Source of the DNA: an uncultured archaeon
GTDB taxonomy: Archaea > Thermoproteota > Nitrososphaeria > Nitrososphaerales > Gagatemarchaeaceae
Assembly: GCA_963799775.1 (NCBI GenBank)
Contig: CAWCYD010000003.1
Coordinates: forward strand, 672,001 to 736,000
Direction: 5' to 3'
Length of the DNA stretch: 64,000 bases
This document shows positions 52,034-61,603 of this stretch, piece by piece. The position numbers were made by a program, and so were the translations under genes. Every line of letters starts with the position of its first letter. Position 1 is the first letter of the stretch. Under the pieces are notes generated by a model. It was not told the DNA's origin. It saw nothing but the letters and a program-made list of their open reading frames with translations, and ran no database searches.

Positions 52034-52843
52034 TTGCGAATCAGGGACGCGCTCCCGCACGTCTTCAACAGGGCCTATCCGGTCCTTGACCCGAAGATGC
52101 CCATGCTCCCTGCCGTCTCGATGCTCCGTTTCCAGCAGATCGACGGCCTCCCGTTGGTGATCGAGACGGCGGCAGGCCGGCCGCGCGCCTTGCACGGATA
52201 CTCGCTCCTGAAGAGGATACTCGCCCTGGAGCAGGGAGGGTTCTGGAAGTTCATCGAGAGGCCGTGTGAGGACGCGGCCCAGAGCATCGGCGCGGTCTCC
52301 GCCCAGGACGACATTGAGAGGCTCTTCGACGTCTTCCTCAAGGAGAGATTCGGCTTCGCCTGGATCAGCGAGACAGAGAAGACGGGTGCCCCGGTGAGCC
52401 TGGCGGACGTCCTAGAGCTTTACAACACGGGGCTGATAGAATCAGACCTGCAGGTCAAGGACGTGGCATCCCCCGTCTTCGCGCTCCCCGGGATGACGCC
52501 GTTGAGGAAGGCGCTGCTCTTCATGTTCAGCCACAGGTTCAGGAGGGTCTTCCTCTCCGCGGGTGGCGCCTTCATATCGGACAGGAGCATAATCAGCCAC
52601 ATATTCAGCCCGGCCGTGCTGCACGACCTAGCCGCGAAGCCGGACAGCCTCCTGGAGAGGCCCATTGCAGAGATAGAGAAGAGCAGGTCCAGACGCGTGC
52701 CGGGACGGACTACGCTGAAGGCCGCCGCTGGCGCCCTGGCAGGAGACTTCGGACAGTGCCTCACTTCGAAGGGCTCTGTCATCACCCCGTGGGACATTAT
52801 CATGAAGCCGTGGGTCGAGAAGAAGCTCAGGATAAACGAGTGA
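52034..52843 (+). CDS. Divergent CBS-domain protein
   Basis: Repeated CBS-like units (QIDGLPLV; QVKDVASPV...FRRVFL; VITPWDI). Confidence 0.7.
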   Translation: MRIRDALPHVFNRAYPVLDPKMPMLPAVSMLRFQQIDGLPLVIETAAGRPRALHGYSLLKRILALEQGGFWKFIERPCEDAAQSIGAVSAQDDIERLFDVFLKERFGFAWISETEKTGAPVSLADVLELYNTGLIESDLQVKDVASPVFALPGMTPLRKALLFMFSHRFRRVFLSAGGAFISDRSIISHIFSPAVLHDLAAKPDSLLERPIAEIEKSRSRRVPGRTTLKAAAGALAGDFGQCLTSKGSVITPWDIIMKPWVEKKLRINE

Positions 52844-52856
52844 GCGGGATGGAGAT

Positions 52857-52953
52857 TGGTGGGCCGACCCGGATTTGAACCGGGGAACTTGACGACGCTT
52901 TCGCGTTTTCGCCGTGTGAGAGCGACGTCCAAACCAGGCTAGACGATCGGCCC
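52857..52953 (-). tRNA. tRNA-Val(CAC) with encoded CCA and a 19-nt intron at position 44/45 (52889-52907)
   Basis: Minus strand GGGCCGA TC GTCTAGCCTGGTTTGGAC G TCGCT CTCACAC GGCGA A[AACGCGAAAGCGTCGTCAA]GTTC CCCGG TTCAAAT CCGGG TCGGCCC A CCA; TATA-like cttaaat about 30 nt upstream. Confidence 0.93.
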
Positions 52954-53000
52954 AGATTGAACACGCGCCTATCGAGCCGATTTAAGCTGTGAGGCCTGGG

Positions 53001-53168
53001 CTACTTCTTCAGACCGACTGACCTGTTCTTCAGCCTAAGGACCGAGGCGTGGCACTTTCTGCACCTTGTGGCCTGCAGGGCGTTCCTGGCCCCGCAGCGC
53101 AGGCAGACCTTGAGAAAGAGACGCCTCTTCTGGGCGATCTGCTTCTTCGTCACGTCGGCGATCGGCAT
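53001..53168 (-). CDS. rpl40e: 50S ribosomal protein L40e
   Basis: Hand translation MPIADVTKKQIAQKRRLFLKVCLRCGARNALQATRCRKCHASVLRLKNRSVGLKK. Confidence 0.93.
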   Translation of the reverse strand: MPIADVTKKQIAQKRRLFLKVCLRCGARNALQATRCRKCHASVLRLKNRSVGLKK

Positions 53169-53235
53169 CTGCTGGATTCGTTCTCACGCCGTTCGGCGGC
53201 AGTTTAAGGACTTTTCGAAGCGCAAGCGACGGAAT

Positions 53236-54111
53236 TCAGCGGGCCGCTCGCCTCACGAGGGCGGGTATCTCGGACGTGGTCCTCGCGACGCTCGCCCCGA
53301 CGCCCTCCAGGGCTGCGATCTTGGTCTCTGCCGTCCCGAAGTTGCCGTAGATTATGGCGCCGGCGTGCCCCATGTGCTTCTCCTTCGGCGCAGACCTTCC
53401 CGCGATGTAGGCGACGATGGGCTTCGCGAAGCCCGTGTCTTTGACGTGCCTGGCCACCTGCTCCTCCGCGTCACCTCCGATCTCTCCGACCAAGACCACG
53501 CTCGAGACCTCGGCCGCTGATGCCGCCCAGTCCAGACACTCTGTCAGGGTCGTGCAGTTCACGGGGTCTCCCCCGACTCCGAGTGCGATGTGCTGGCCCA
53601 GCCCGGCCTTCGACAAGGTGTCGGCCACCTCGTACATCAGGGTCCCGCTCCGGGAGAAGAGGGCGACCCCTCCCTCGCGAAAGGACGACGAGGGCATTAT
53701 CCCTAGCTTCAGCATCTTGGAAGGCATGATCACGCCGGGCGTGTTCGGCCCCACGACGCGGGCGTCTGAAGCTCGGGCAAGGTCGATCATCTTGAGCGAG
53801 TCTCTGATCGGGACGTGCTCGGTTATCACGATGAGCAGCTTCACATCCGCGTCAATGGCCTCTCGGGCGGCCTCCAAGAGCGACGGCGCCGGCACGAAGA
53901 GCACCGATGCCCTCGCGCCTGTCGCCTGCGCCGCCTCCTTGACCGTGTCATAGACGGGGACGCCCCCCACTTCCTGTCCCCCCTTGCCTGGCGTCACGCC
54001 TGCGGCTATCCTGCTGCCGTATTCCTTCATCAGCCCGGCGTGAAGGCTGCCATACCTCCCCGTGATGCCCTGGACGAGGACAGGCCATCTGTCGTCGAAG
54101 AAGAGGCTCAG
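53236..54111 (-). CDS. sucD: Succinyl-CoA synthetase alpha subunit
   Basis: VLVQGITG upstream in frame, GVTPGKGG, GPNTPG, SRSGTL, GEIGG, MGHAGA (phospho-His); start codon uncertain. Confidence 0.93.
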   Translation of the reverse strand: MSLFFDDRWPVLVQGITGRYGSLHAGLMKEYGSRIAAGVTPGKGGQEVGGVPVYDTVKEAAQATGARASVLFVPAPSLLEAAREAIDADVKLLIVITEHVPIRDSLKMIDLARASDARVVGPNTPGVIMPSKMLKLGIMPSSSFREGGVALFSRSGTLMYEVADTLSKAGLGQHIALGVGGDPVNCTTLTECLDWAASAAEVSSVVLVGEIGGDAEEQVARHVKDTGFAKPIVAYIAGRSAPKEKHMGHAGAIIYGNFGTAETKIAALEGVGASVARTTSEIPALVRRAAR

Positions 54112-55221
54112 CGAGGCTTTCCCCCATCCAACGCTGCCAGCACCGCCTCCTGAGCGGTCGGGAAGACGGAGATCTCGGTCCCGGACAGGGCAGCTCGCGC
54201 CTCCGCCTCCTCGGCCCCGCTTATCCTCGCGAAGATCGGGGCCATCGGGCCCTCCGCCACGACCGCCATCAGGCCCTCGGCCACGTCGGTCGTCCTGGTG
54301 ATCCCTCCGAAGATGTTGATCAAGACGGCCCTCACACGCGGCATCGCCCGCACCAGCCGGAGCGCGGCCTCGACCCTCTCGCGCTGGGCCCCGCCCCCTA
54401 GGTCAAGGAAGCAAGCGGGATAACCGCCTGCGTCTGTCAACAGGTCGAGGGTGGAAAGCACAAGGCCCGCGCCGTTGCCCACGACGGCGACGTCACCCTC
54501 TAGCCTCACAAAGGCGAATCCAGACCTAGCCGCCTCGGCTTCGAGGGGTGCCCTCGGGAGGCAGCTCGGAGAACTCTGGATGACGGAAGAGAGCGTTGTC
54601 GTCTATGACGACCTTGGAGTCCAGGGCGACGAGAGTGCCGTCTGAATGGATGACGAGGGGGTTGATCTCCGCGAGCTCGCACTCCTCCTCGCGTGAGAGC
54701 CTCTCAAGCCGCATGAGGATGCCGCTGAACTCGGCGAGCGTCCTTCCATCGAGCCCAAGCTCTCTGCCAAGGCCATCGGCGCTACCGCTTGCCAGCCCCT
54801 CGAGAGGGATGGGAATCCGGGGGATCTGGCTGCCGCCCAGGGACTCGACGTCCACCCCGCCCGTCGACGATGCGAGAGCCATGAACTCCCTCCTCCCTCT
54901 GTCGAGGCTTATCGAGAGGTACATCTCCACCGAATGCTCCAGTGCCTCCTCGACAAGCAACCCTCTCGTCGGTTCGCCGCCGATGACCGACCCGAAGAGC
55001 CGGCCCGCCTCGCTCAAGGCCTGTTCCTTGGTCCTGACCAGGACCACGCCTCCGGCCTTGCTCCGCCCGCCGGAGAGGACCTGCGCTTTGAGGACGACGG
55101 GCAACCCGAGTTCCTCGACAGCCGACACGACGTCCCCCGTGCCGTGCGCGAGCTTCGAACGAGGTACGGGGATGCCGTAGCTTGAGAAGAGCTCCTTCCC
55201 CTGGTGCTCGAGGAGCCTCAT
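54108..55221 (-). CDS. sucC: Succinyl-CoA synthetase beta subunit; frameshift near 54550
   Basis: LLEHQGKEL, KAQVLSGGRSKAGGV, EINPL, DDNALFRH, NGAGL, FLDLGGG, NIFGGI. Confidence 0.92.
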
Positions 55222-55338
55222 TGTTGACCGGGCCAAAATAGCGGCGTTCTCGGATAAACCTAGCTGCCGACGTCGCTCTCCTTGTTTTTCTAGGTAGACG
55301 TTTTTATATCGGCGAGAAGGCTGGTTTAAACTTAGGAC

Positions 55339-55871
55339 TTGCCGCTCCGAATTCCAATCTGCGCGTTCGATGCGAAGACGGGCATCCTATGTGCAAAATG
55401 CCAGGCCAAGCTCAGCGCAGGTCAGATTTCTAACTCGGACATCGTCGTCTCGAACTGTCCTCGTCAAGCTCGCAGAGTCGGTCCCTGAGCTGAACAAGGT
55501 CGCGCTCCTCAGGTCCTACAGCGTCGAGGGGAACTACGTGATGGAGATGGAGCAGGCGGACGCAGCTCTCCTGAGGTCCAAGCCCGAGATAAAGCAGAAG
55601 CTGGAAGACACGCTAAAGGGCAAGGTGTGGGTGATAGGGACCACGAACTCTGACAGGCAGTTCCTGGAGGAGCTGTTCTACCCCATCAGGATCCTCACAG
55701 TCAACACGGTGTGGCTTCCCGACGGCAGCAAGCTGACGAAGGTGATAATCCCCGGGAGGAGGCCGGAGAGGCTCCGAGGGGAGATCGAGTGCCCTCAAGA
55801 AGGTAGTGAACCAGGTGAAGGGGATAGAGCTGATGGTCGAGTCCGAGAGGGAAGCGACCCTCAGGCTCTAG
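55339..55871 (+). CDS. Archaeal NusA-like KH protein with N-terminal Cys cluster; frameshifts near 55455 and 55790
   Basis: TTG 55339 frame MPLRIPICAFDAKTGILCAKCQAKL; middle ELFYPIRILTVNTVWLPDGS; end KKVVNQVKGIELMVESE. Confidence 0.72.
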
Positions 55872-55953
55872 CGGAAGCAACAAGGCGTCCGGCCGTCCCG
55901 TCTGTCATCTAGCCTAGCGAAGATTTAGAAACGCCAAACGGCCAACCGGGTGT

Positions 55954-56304
55954 GTGGAATTTCATCGCGAGGAGGGAGAGGGGGGCGCGCAGCAAAGATG
56001 GATAGATCACAACCTCCCCACCTGTCCTCTGTGCAGGCCCCAGGTATTATGGCGCATCGCCACCCAGGTGGACCAGCAGGCCCTCGTGAGGTGGTACTTC
56101 AAGTGCCCGAACTGCGCAGTCGTCATGTCGACGATACCAGACAAGGCCGTCTCGGCGCTGGCCGAGCCTGTCAACGTCACGAAGACCGCGCTCGAGGTCA
56201 ACCTGAGGATCGAGAGCGTTGAGACGAAGAGCGACGAGGACTTTGTCGGCGAAGAGTTCCCCCTGTCCGAGCTGCAGATCTGGGCCGAAGAGAGCGAGAG
56301 CTAG
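55954..56304 (+). CDS. Zn-ribbon hypothetical protein
   Basis: CPLC...FKCPNC, acidic C-terminus. Confidence 0.62.
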   Translation: MEFHREEGEGGAQQRWIDHNLPTCPLCRPQVLWRIATQVDQQALVRWYFKCPNCAVVMSTIPDKAVSALAEPVNVTKTALEVNLRIESVETKSDEDFVGEEFPLSELQIWAEESES

Positions 56305-56306
56305 TC

Positions 56307-56987
56307 TCAGACGAAGCCGTTCTTCACAAAGTCGGCTATGGAAGCCGAGGCACGAGTCGTTATCGGCGCACCGTGGCCTGGGAGTAGCAGGTCGTACTCG
56401 AGGGCAGAGATCTTCCTGATCGATTCTCTGGCCTGGTCCATGTCTACCGACAGGGAAGGCGGGGGGAGACGCGGCCATCCCTTCGAGTCGGTCCGTAGGG
56501 TGTCCCCCACGAAGATAGCCTCCCTCTCCCTGTAGAGGCAGATGCTCCCGCTTGTGTGTCCAGGGGTGTGCACGACCACGAGGTCGATGACCCTGTCCGA
56601 GTCCTTGAGCAGGACGTCTGGAGCGACGGGGACGAAGCGCATGACGGGGCCCATGACGCCGAAGAGGACGCCCATCATCCCCTTCGCCTCCTTGAGCTTC
56701 TCCTCCCCCGAGAGCTTCGCTGCATCCGCCTGATGGATTGCGACTTTGGCTCCCGTGAGGTCCTTCAGCTTCGCCGCGCTGCCGGAATGGTCGATGTCAG
56801 GGTGGGTCAGGACGATGTAGTCGAGCTTGGTCGGTTCCACGCCCGCCTTCTCGATGTACTCGGTTATCTTCCTCTCATTTCCCGGGAGGCCCGTGTCGAT
56901 GACGGCGGCACCGTCGCTTGTCATGACGAGGTATGAGCCGGCGCCGTTGAGTCTGTCGATCTTGTGTATCCCCGGACGGAGCTCCAC
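56307..56987 (-). CDS. Metallo-beta-lactamase-fold hydrolase
   Basis: IDTG, THPDIDHSG, HTPGHT, GD, PGHG. Confidence 0.9.
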   Translation of the reverse strand: MELRPGIHKIDRLNGAGSYLVMTSDGAAVIDTGLPGNERKITEYIEKAGVEPTKLDYIVLTHPDIDHSGSAAKLKDLTGAKVAIHQADAAKLSGEEKLKEAKGMMGVLFGVMGPVMRFVPVAPDVLLKDSDRVIDLVVVHTPGHTSGSICLYREREAIFVGDTLRTDSKGWPRLPPPSLSVDMDQARESIRKISALEYDLLLPGHGAPITTRASASIADFVKNGFV

Positions 56988-57034
56988 GTTGGTCCGAGGC
57001 GCGAAGGCATGATAAATCCTTCTGGCGCTCCGTG

Positions 57035-58352
57035 CTAGGGCTGCAGCCTCTCGGGGTCTCTCGGGAAGAGGGCGGCCTCCTTGACGTTCTCGATCCCGAG
57101 CAGGGACGCGGTCAGCCTCTCGATGCCCAGCGAGAACCCGCCGTGCGGAGGGCACCCGAACCTGAAGGGCTCTGTGAACCACGTCAGTCCCTCTGGGTCG
57201 AGCCCCTTCTCGGCGATCTGCTCCAGGATCTTGTCGTGCCTGTGCTCTCTCTGGCCGCCCGACGAGAGCTCCAGGCCCTTGAAGACGAGGTCCACCGAGC
57301 GCGCGAACTCGGGCGCCCCGTCGACGTGCATGACGTAGAACGGCTTGACGGAGGAGGGGAAGCGGTTGACGAAGAAGTAGTCGCTGTCGTATTCTTGTTT
57401 GACGTGCTCTGTGAGGAGCTTCTCAGACTCCCTGTCGAGGTCTCTGTCACGCGGCAGGGGGTGTCCCAGCACTTTCAAGGTCTCGTAGATCCCAGGAAAG
57501 GCGAGCTCCGGGAAGGGCGTCTTCGGCTCTTCGAGGTCAAGCTGGAGAATGTCGAGCTCTCGCCGGCACCGCGAGTTCACGTTCCTTATCCCGCTGACGA
57601 GCATCGCCTCCTCCACGCGCATGGTGTCCCTCTCGTCGTCCAGGAAAGAGATCTCCGGCGCGATGGTCCGGTGCTCGCTCATGTGCCTGGGAGTGTGCGA
57701 GACCTCGGCCCTCCAGCTCGGCCCGAGGTCGTAAACGTTCCCCAGCCCTCCTGCTATCGCAAGCTGCCTATGGAGCTGCGGGTCGCTGCCTGAGGAAGGC
57801 AGGCTTGCCGTAGTAGTCCGTCTTGAAGACCTCCGCCCCTCCCTCCGAGATCCCACCGAGGATGCTGGGGGTGAAGATGCGCATGAACCCCTTCGAGCGT
57901 AGATACGACTCCATGCCCTCCACGAGGGCGTCCTGGATGCGGAAGATCGCGATGAACCTCCGGCCTCCGGAGGTCTAGAGTCCTCCAGTTGAGGCGCGTG
58001 TCTATGTTCGCGTCTGTAACCCCTCGCGGGTCCAGCGGGAGCGGCGTCGCCGAAGCGCTGATGAACCTCCAAGCTCTCAGGGATGATCTCGAACCCGTTC
58101 TGCGCCACCTTCGCCTCCTTGACCAGGCCCGTGCACCTGATCACGTCCTCCGGATGGAGCGAGGTCACCTTTGCGACCATCTCTTCGGGGACACTTCTTC
58201 TTCGGGACTGTCAGCTGGATTATCCCTCGGCTGTTGCGGACGAGGACGAAGTTGATGCCCCCCAGCAGCCTGACGTCGTGGACCCACCCGCTGACGGTGA
58301 CCTTCTCCCCGAGCTTCTTCGCTATCTCTTCTGGGGAGGCGGTTTCTTCCAA
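57035..58352 (-). CDS. aspS: Aspartyl-tRNA synthetase (archaeal type); multiple frameshifts
   Basis: GWVHDVRLLGG OB fold, PQL, WRAE..HTPRH.SE, ELSSGGQREH, PPHGGFSLGIERL, FPRDPERL. Confidence 0.93.
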
Positions 58353-58387
58353 GGCCCCTCCGCACCTCCTTGGTGCGCTTTAAGAAT

Positions 58388-59698
58388 CTAGAGGGCTTTG
58401 TACTGCTCCGCCCAGTTCGCGTATGCGCGGAGCATCTCAGGGGAGACGCTCGGCTTGCGGGCCTTCATTATCTCCTTAAAGTCCGTCATCACTATCGGTC
58501 TCGGTTGTACGCTCTTGTCCAGGGCCTTGCCCGTCTCGAAGAGCTCGCGCACCACGCGGAGCTGCGCCCCCTGGCAGATGTCCCTGATGTCGGAGCCCGA
58601 GTACCCTTCTGAGATCCGCGAGAGGTTCTCCAGGCCGATGCCGGAGTCGACGTTGATGGGCGCCGTGTAGCTCTTGAACATCGACATCCTCCCCTCGAAG
58701 TTGGGGAGCGGGATGTAGATCCTCTTCTGGAACCTTCGCAGGAACGGCCAGTCGAGCGACCAGGGCTTGTTCGTGGCCCCCACTGTGTAGAGGTGGGTGT
58801 CGTTCCCCTTGTCCTGGATGCCGTCCATCTCCTTGAGGAACTGGTTCCTGACGCGAGTCTCGCCGCCCACCTCGTTCGTCCTGTTCCCGAGGATGGAGTC
58901 GAGCTCGTCGATGAAGATTATCACGGGGCTCCCCTTGTCGAGGAGCTTCCTCGCCTCTGTGAAGAGCTTCGAGACGTTCTTCTCGGCCTCTCCGAGCCAC
59001 TTGCTCATTATCGAGGCCGCGTCGATCGAGATGAAGTAGCCGTCTATCTCCGCCGCTGTGGCAGCCGCGAGCATCGTCTTGCCGCAGCCGGGAGGTCCAT
59101 ACAGCAGAATTCCCCGCGCCCAACCCAGCGGGAAAAGGTCGGGCCTGTCGAACGGGAAGACTATCGACTCGCGTATTGCCCTCTTCGCGTCGTCCAGGCC
59201 GATGACGTCGTCCCATCTCACGTTCGGCTTCTCGCGCACGACGAGCTCGTTGAAGGACGCCCTCAGCTGCGGGACCATCTGCGGCCCCTTGTTGCCGTTA
59301 CCGTTACCGTTACCGTTACCGTTGCCGGGCCTCTCTATTGTTACAGGGACCGTCTCGGCGCTGGAGGAGGCGGCCTCTCGGGCGCTCCCGTTGCCGTTGC
59401 CGTTCCCGCTCGGCCCGATGATCGAGAAGTTAGCAGTCTCGGGGGGAGTGTCTTGGGGGACCAGCCCGTGCGCCTGCTGGATCGCCTTCACGCGCTCCTG
59501 GTAGATGGACGCCTTGTCCATGTAATGCCTGTTCAGCTTGTAATCGGGATAGAGCCTGACCAGCTTTATCAGGGTGGAGATGGCCTTTTGATAGCTCTGG
59601 ATCGCCATTCCGTGCGCGCCCTGCGAGTCGAGGCGTATCGCCTCGCCCGCGTACTTCCTTGCGTCCTCCTCCAATTCCCTTGCAGCTACTACGCTCAT
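58388..59698 (-). CDS. cdvC: Vps4-like AAA ATPase CdvC with N-terminal MIT domain
   Basis: MIT helices (ARKYAGEAIRLD...YQKAI...YPD), GPPGCGKT, IFIDELD, ATNKPWSLD, RRFQKRIY. Confidence 0.93.
   Translation of the reverse strand: MSVVAARELEEDARKYAGEAIRLDSQGAHGMAIQSYQKAISTLIKLVRLYPDYKLNRHYMDKASIYQERVKAIQQAHGLVPQDTPPETANFSIIGPSGNGNGNGSAREAASSSAETVPVTIERPGNGNGNGNGNGNKGPQMVPQLRASFNELVVREKPNVRWDDVIGLDDAKRAIRESIVFPFDRPDLFPLGWARGILLYGPPGCGKTMLAAATAAEIDGYFISIDAASIMSKWLGEAEKNVSKLFTEARKLLDKGSPVIIFIDELDSILGNRTNEVGGETRVRNQFLKEMDGIQDKGNDTHLYTVGATNKPWSLDWPFLRRFQKRIYIPLPNFEGRMSMFKSYTAPINVDSGIGLENLSRISEGYSGSDIRDICQGAQLRVVRELFETGKALDKSVQPRPIVMTDFKEIMKARKPSVSPEMLRAYANWAEQYKAL
59291..59407 (-). repeat. Two hexamer repeat tracts encoding (Gly-Asn)n in the CdvC linker
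   Basis: (ccgtta/ccgttg)n at 59291-59326 and 59388-59407. Confidence 0.85.
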
Positions 59699-59703
59699 GA
59701 TGT

Positions 59704-60574
59704 TTACTCGTTACTCCTTGACGAACCCGATGGCTTGACCTTGCCCTCCGCGACCAGGTGTATCATCGACTGCTCCACCAGGTCCTGCGGGATCCCAAGC
59801 TGCTGTGAGGTCCTTGAGATGTCCATGGCGCCCTCGTGCGTCGCCGCGTACCTGAGGACCGTCGTACTCGACCTTCTCGTCCTTCGGGCTCGCGTAGAGC
59901 GTCCCAAGCACGTTGCTCACCTCGTCGTCGTCTCCTGTCGCAAGTAGCGGCGTGTGGTCCTCGGCCGTCCTCATTATCTGCTCCTCGAACTTCCCGGGCA
60001 TCATGTTCAGGCTGTCTTTTAGCCGGTTCGCCTGCTCCTCGGCGAACTTCCTCGCCTGCTCGACCAGGTCCTCGGAGTTGTCCGCCTTGATGTCGATGTT
60101 GATGCTGGGCGATATCTGGCCCATCTGCGCCATCGTCTCGACGAGGGTGCTGTTGATGTCCGTGGACGCGGCGTCGAGGGCGGGGATCACTCCCTGCATC
60201 TCCTTGCTGATCTGCTTGAGCGACCTGAACGCGGTGTCCATGTGCACCATTGCGTCCCCTATCTCCGTGATGCTCTGCAATCGAAGCGAGACCTGTGTGA
60301 GCGCGAGCTCGCTGGCCTCGACTACCCTGCACACTTTCCTCACCTCGGCGTGCTCGGTGGCGTAGACCGCGGCCTTTGGCTTGTTCTTCTCCTGCAGGGC
60401 GCGCACAGTGACCTCGAAGAGCTTCTGCCTCCTCTCCCCGAGCCTCAGCTTGAGCGTGTCGAGCTCCTTGCGCTGGGCCTCGATTTCGCGGAGGGCTACG
60501 GCGATCCTTCCCTTGTAGTCGCCGCCTCCTCTCCCTCGCTTGAAGATGCGCAGCGTGTCCATCGAGGCCATCAC
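59704..60574 (-). CDS. cdvB: ESCRT-III protein CdvB with C-terminal winged-helix domain; frameshift near 59860
   Basis: Snf7 core (AAVYATEHAEVRK...LTQVSLRLQSITEIGD); wH VLRYAATHEGAMDISRTSQQLGI in ORF 59704..59907; directly upstream of cdvC. Confidence 0.85.
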
Positions 60575-60776
60575 TAACTAGGCACCTGCCCCGCTAGGGA
60601 GTACACTGGCACGGTAACCTCTCGCAAACCAAATCCGAAGTAATCATGGCTCAGGTCAACAATCGGAAACAAATCGCTGAACATGCGGCGAATCTTCGAA
60701 GGTGCGGCTCCCTTGTCGCTCAAGATCTTCAATCTATGACCTCGACTGATGCTAGTCTCGCTTGCTCGTTGTTAGT

Positions 60777-60830
60777 AAAAAGAGGAGATGAGGGGACGTT
60801 CCCACTTGCGCGGGCGCGCATCCCCCTCAC
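60777..60830 (-). terminator. Stem-loop plus T-tract after the ESCRT-III paralogue
   Basis: Minus strand tgagggggat...gtcccctca followed by tctcctcttttt. Confidence 0.55.
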
Positions 60831-60847
60831 ACTTCCGACTGGTTCCT

Positions 60848-61496
60848 TTACGATGAGCTTTCCGTAGAGCTTTCCATCGAAGGGAGACCAGAGGGAATCT
60901 CTGGGAACTTCTCCTTCATCCTCTGCTCTGCGACTGCTGCAGCCTCTGCAAGAACCTTCTCTGCATCCTCGTTGGCAGCCTCGAAGTTGAGGTTGTATCC
61001 TCCCACTGTGCCCGCATCCACTAGGATGCTGCTCAGCAGGCCAGATATCTCCCCGATTTCGCCTTCTGCCTCCGGTAGGACACTGACAAGCCCTTGCCTG
61101 ACGCTGCGAATCACTGACATTGCAGGGGTGAGGGTCACCACGATGTCGCCCAGCTCGGTGATTGTGTTCAGCCGTAGGGTGATCTGCTCGAGAGCCAGTT
61201 TGGCCTGTGTGACCATCCTGTTCATCTTCCTTATCTCTGCGAGTTCGTTCGCATAGACTGAAGCATGCTGCGAGTCATGCTTCTGGATAGATGACACGAT
61301 CTTGTTGAAGATCGAGGCGTCTCGTTCCCTGAGCTTTGCTGAAGTTGCATCGAGTTTCGCGACTTGCACCTGAATCTGCCTTACTGCCAGGTCCAGCCTC
61401 GGCTCTGAGGGGACCAGGGTTCTTCACAGACTCACGTACTCGTGACGTGATTCCTGCGCTGTTTGACTTCTCCCACTTGCTTGCGAATTGGGACAT
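60848..61496 (-). CDS. ESCRT-III (Snf7) paralogue, CdvB1/B2-like; frameshift near 61400
   Basis: ASVYANELAEIRK, ALEQITLRLNTITELGD, EDAEKVLAEAAAVAEQRMKEKFP; no wH domain. Confidence 0.9.
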
Positions 61497-61544
61497 ATTG
61501 ACTCGCTGCTTCAACATAGATGACCAGTCTTCTTATGCAGAATG

Positions 61545-61571
61545 TCACCGAGCAACCCGTCACCTCGGTGA
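61545..61571. promoter_or_regulatory. Inverted repeat TCACCGAG-N11-CTCGGTGA in the divergent ESCRT-III/trmB promoter
   Basis: Perfect 8-bp arms at 61545-52 and 61564-71. Confidence 0.5.
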
Positions 61572-61603
61572 ATGGCATGGGAGTGAATCGTGGAGCGGGC
61601 GGG

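Noticed and set aside
60646-60867. 73-aa ORF in the gap between the two ESCRT-III genes as a possible cdvA remnant
   Set aside because: Wrong strand, no CdvA-like features, and it overlaps a terminator-like hairpin; more likely promoter/terminator DNA.
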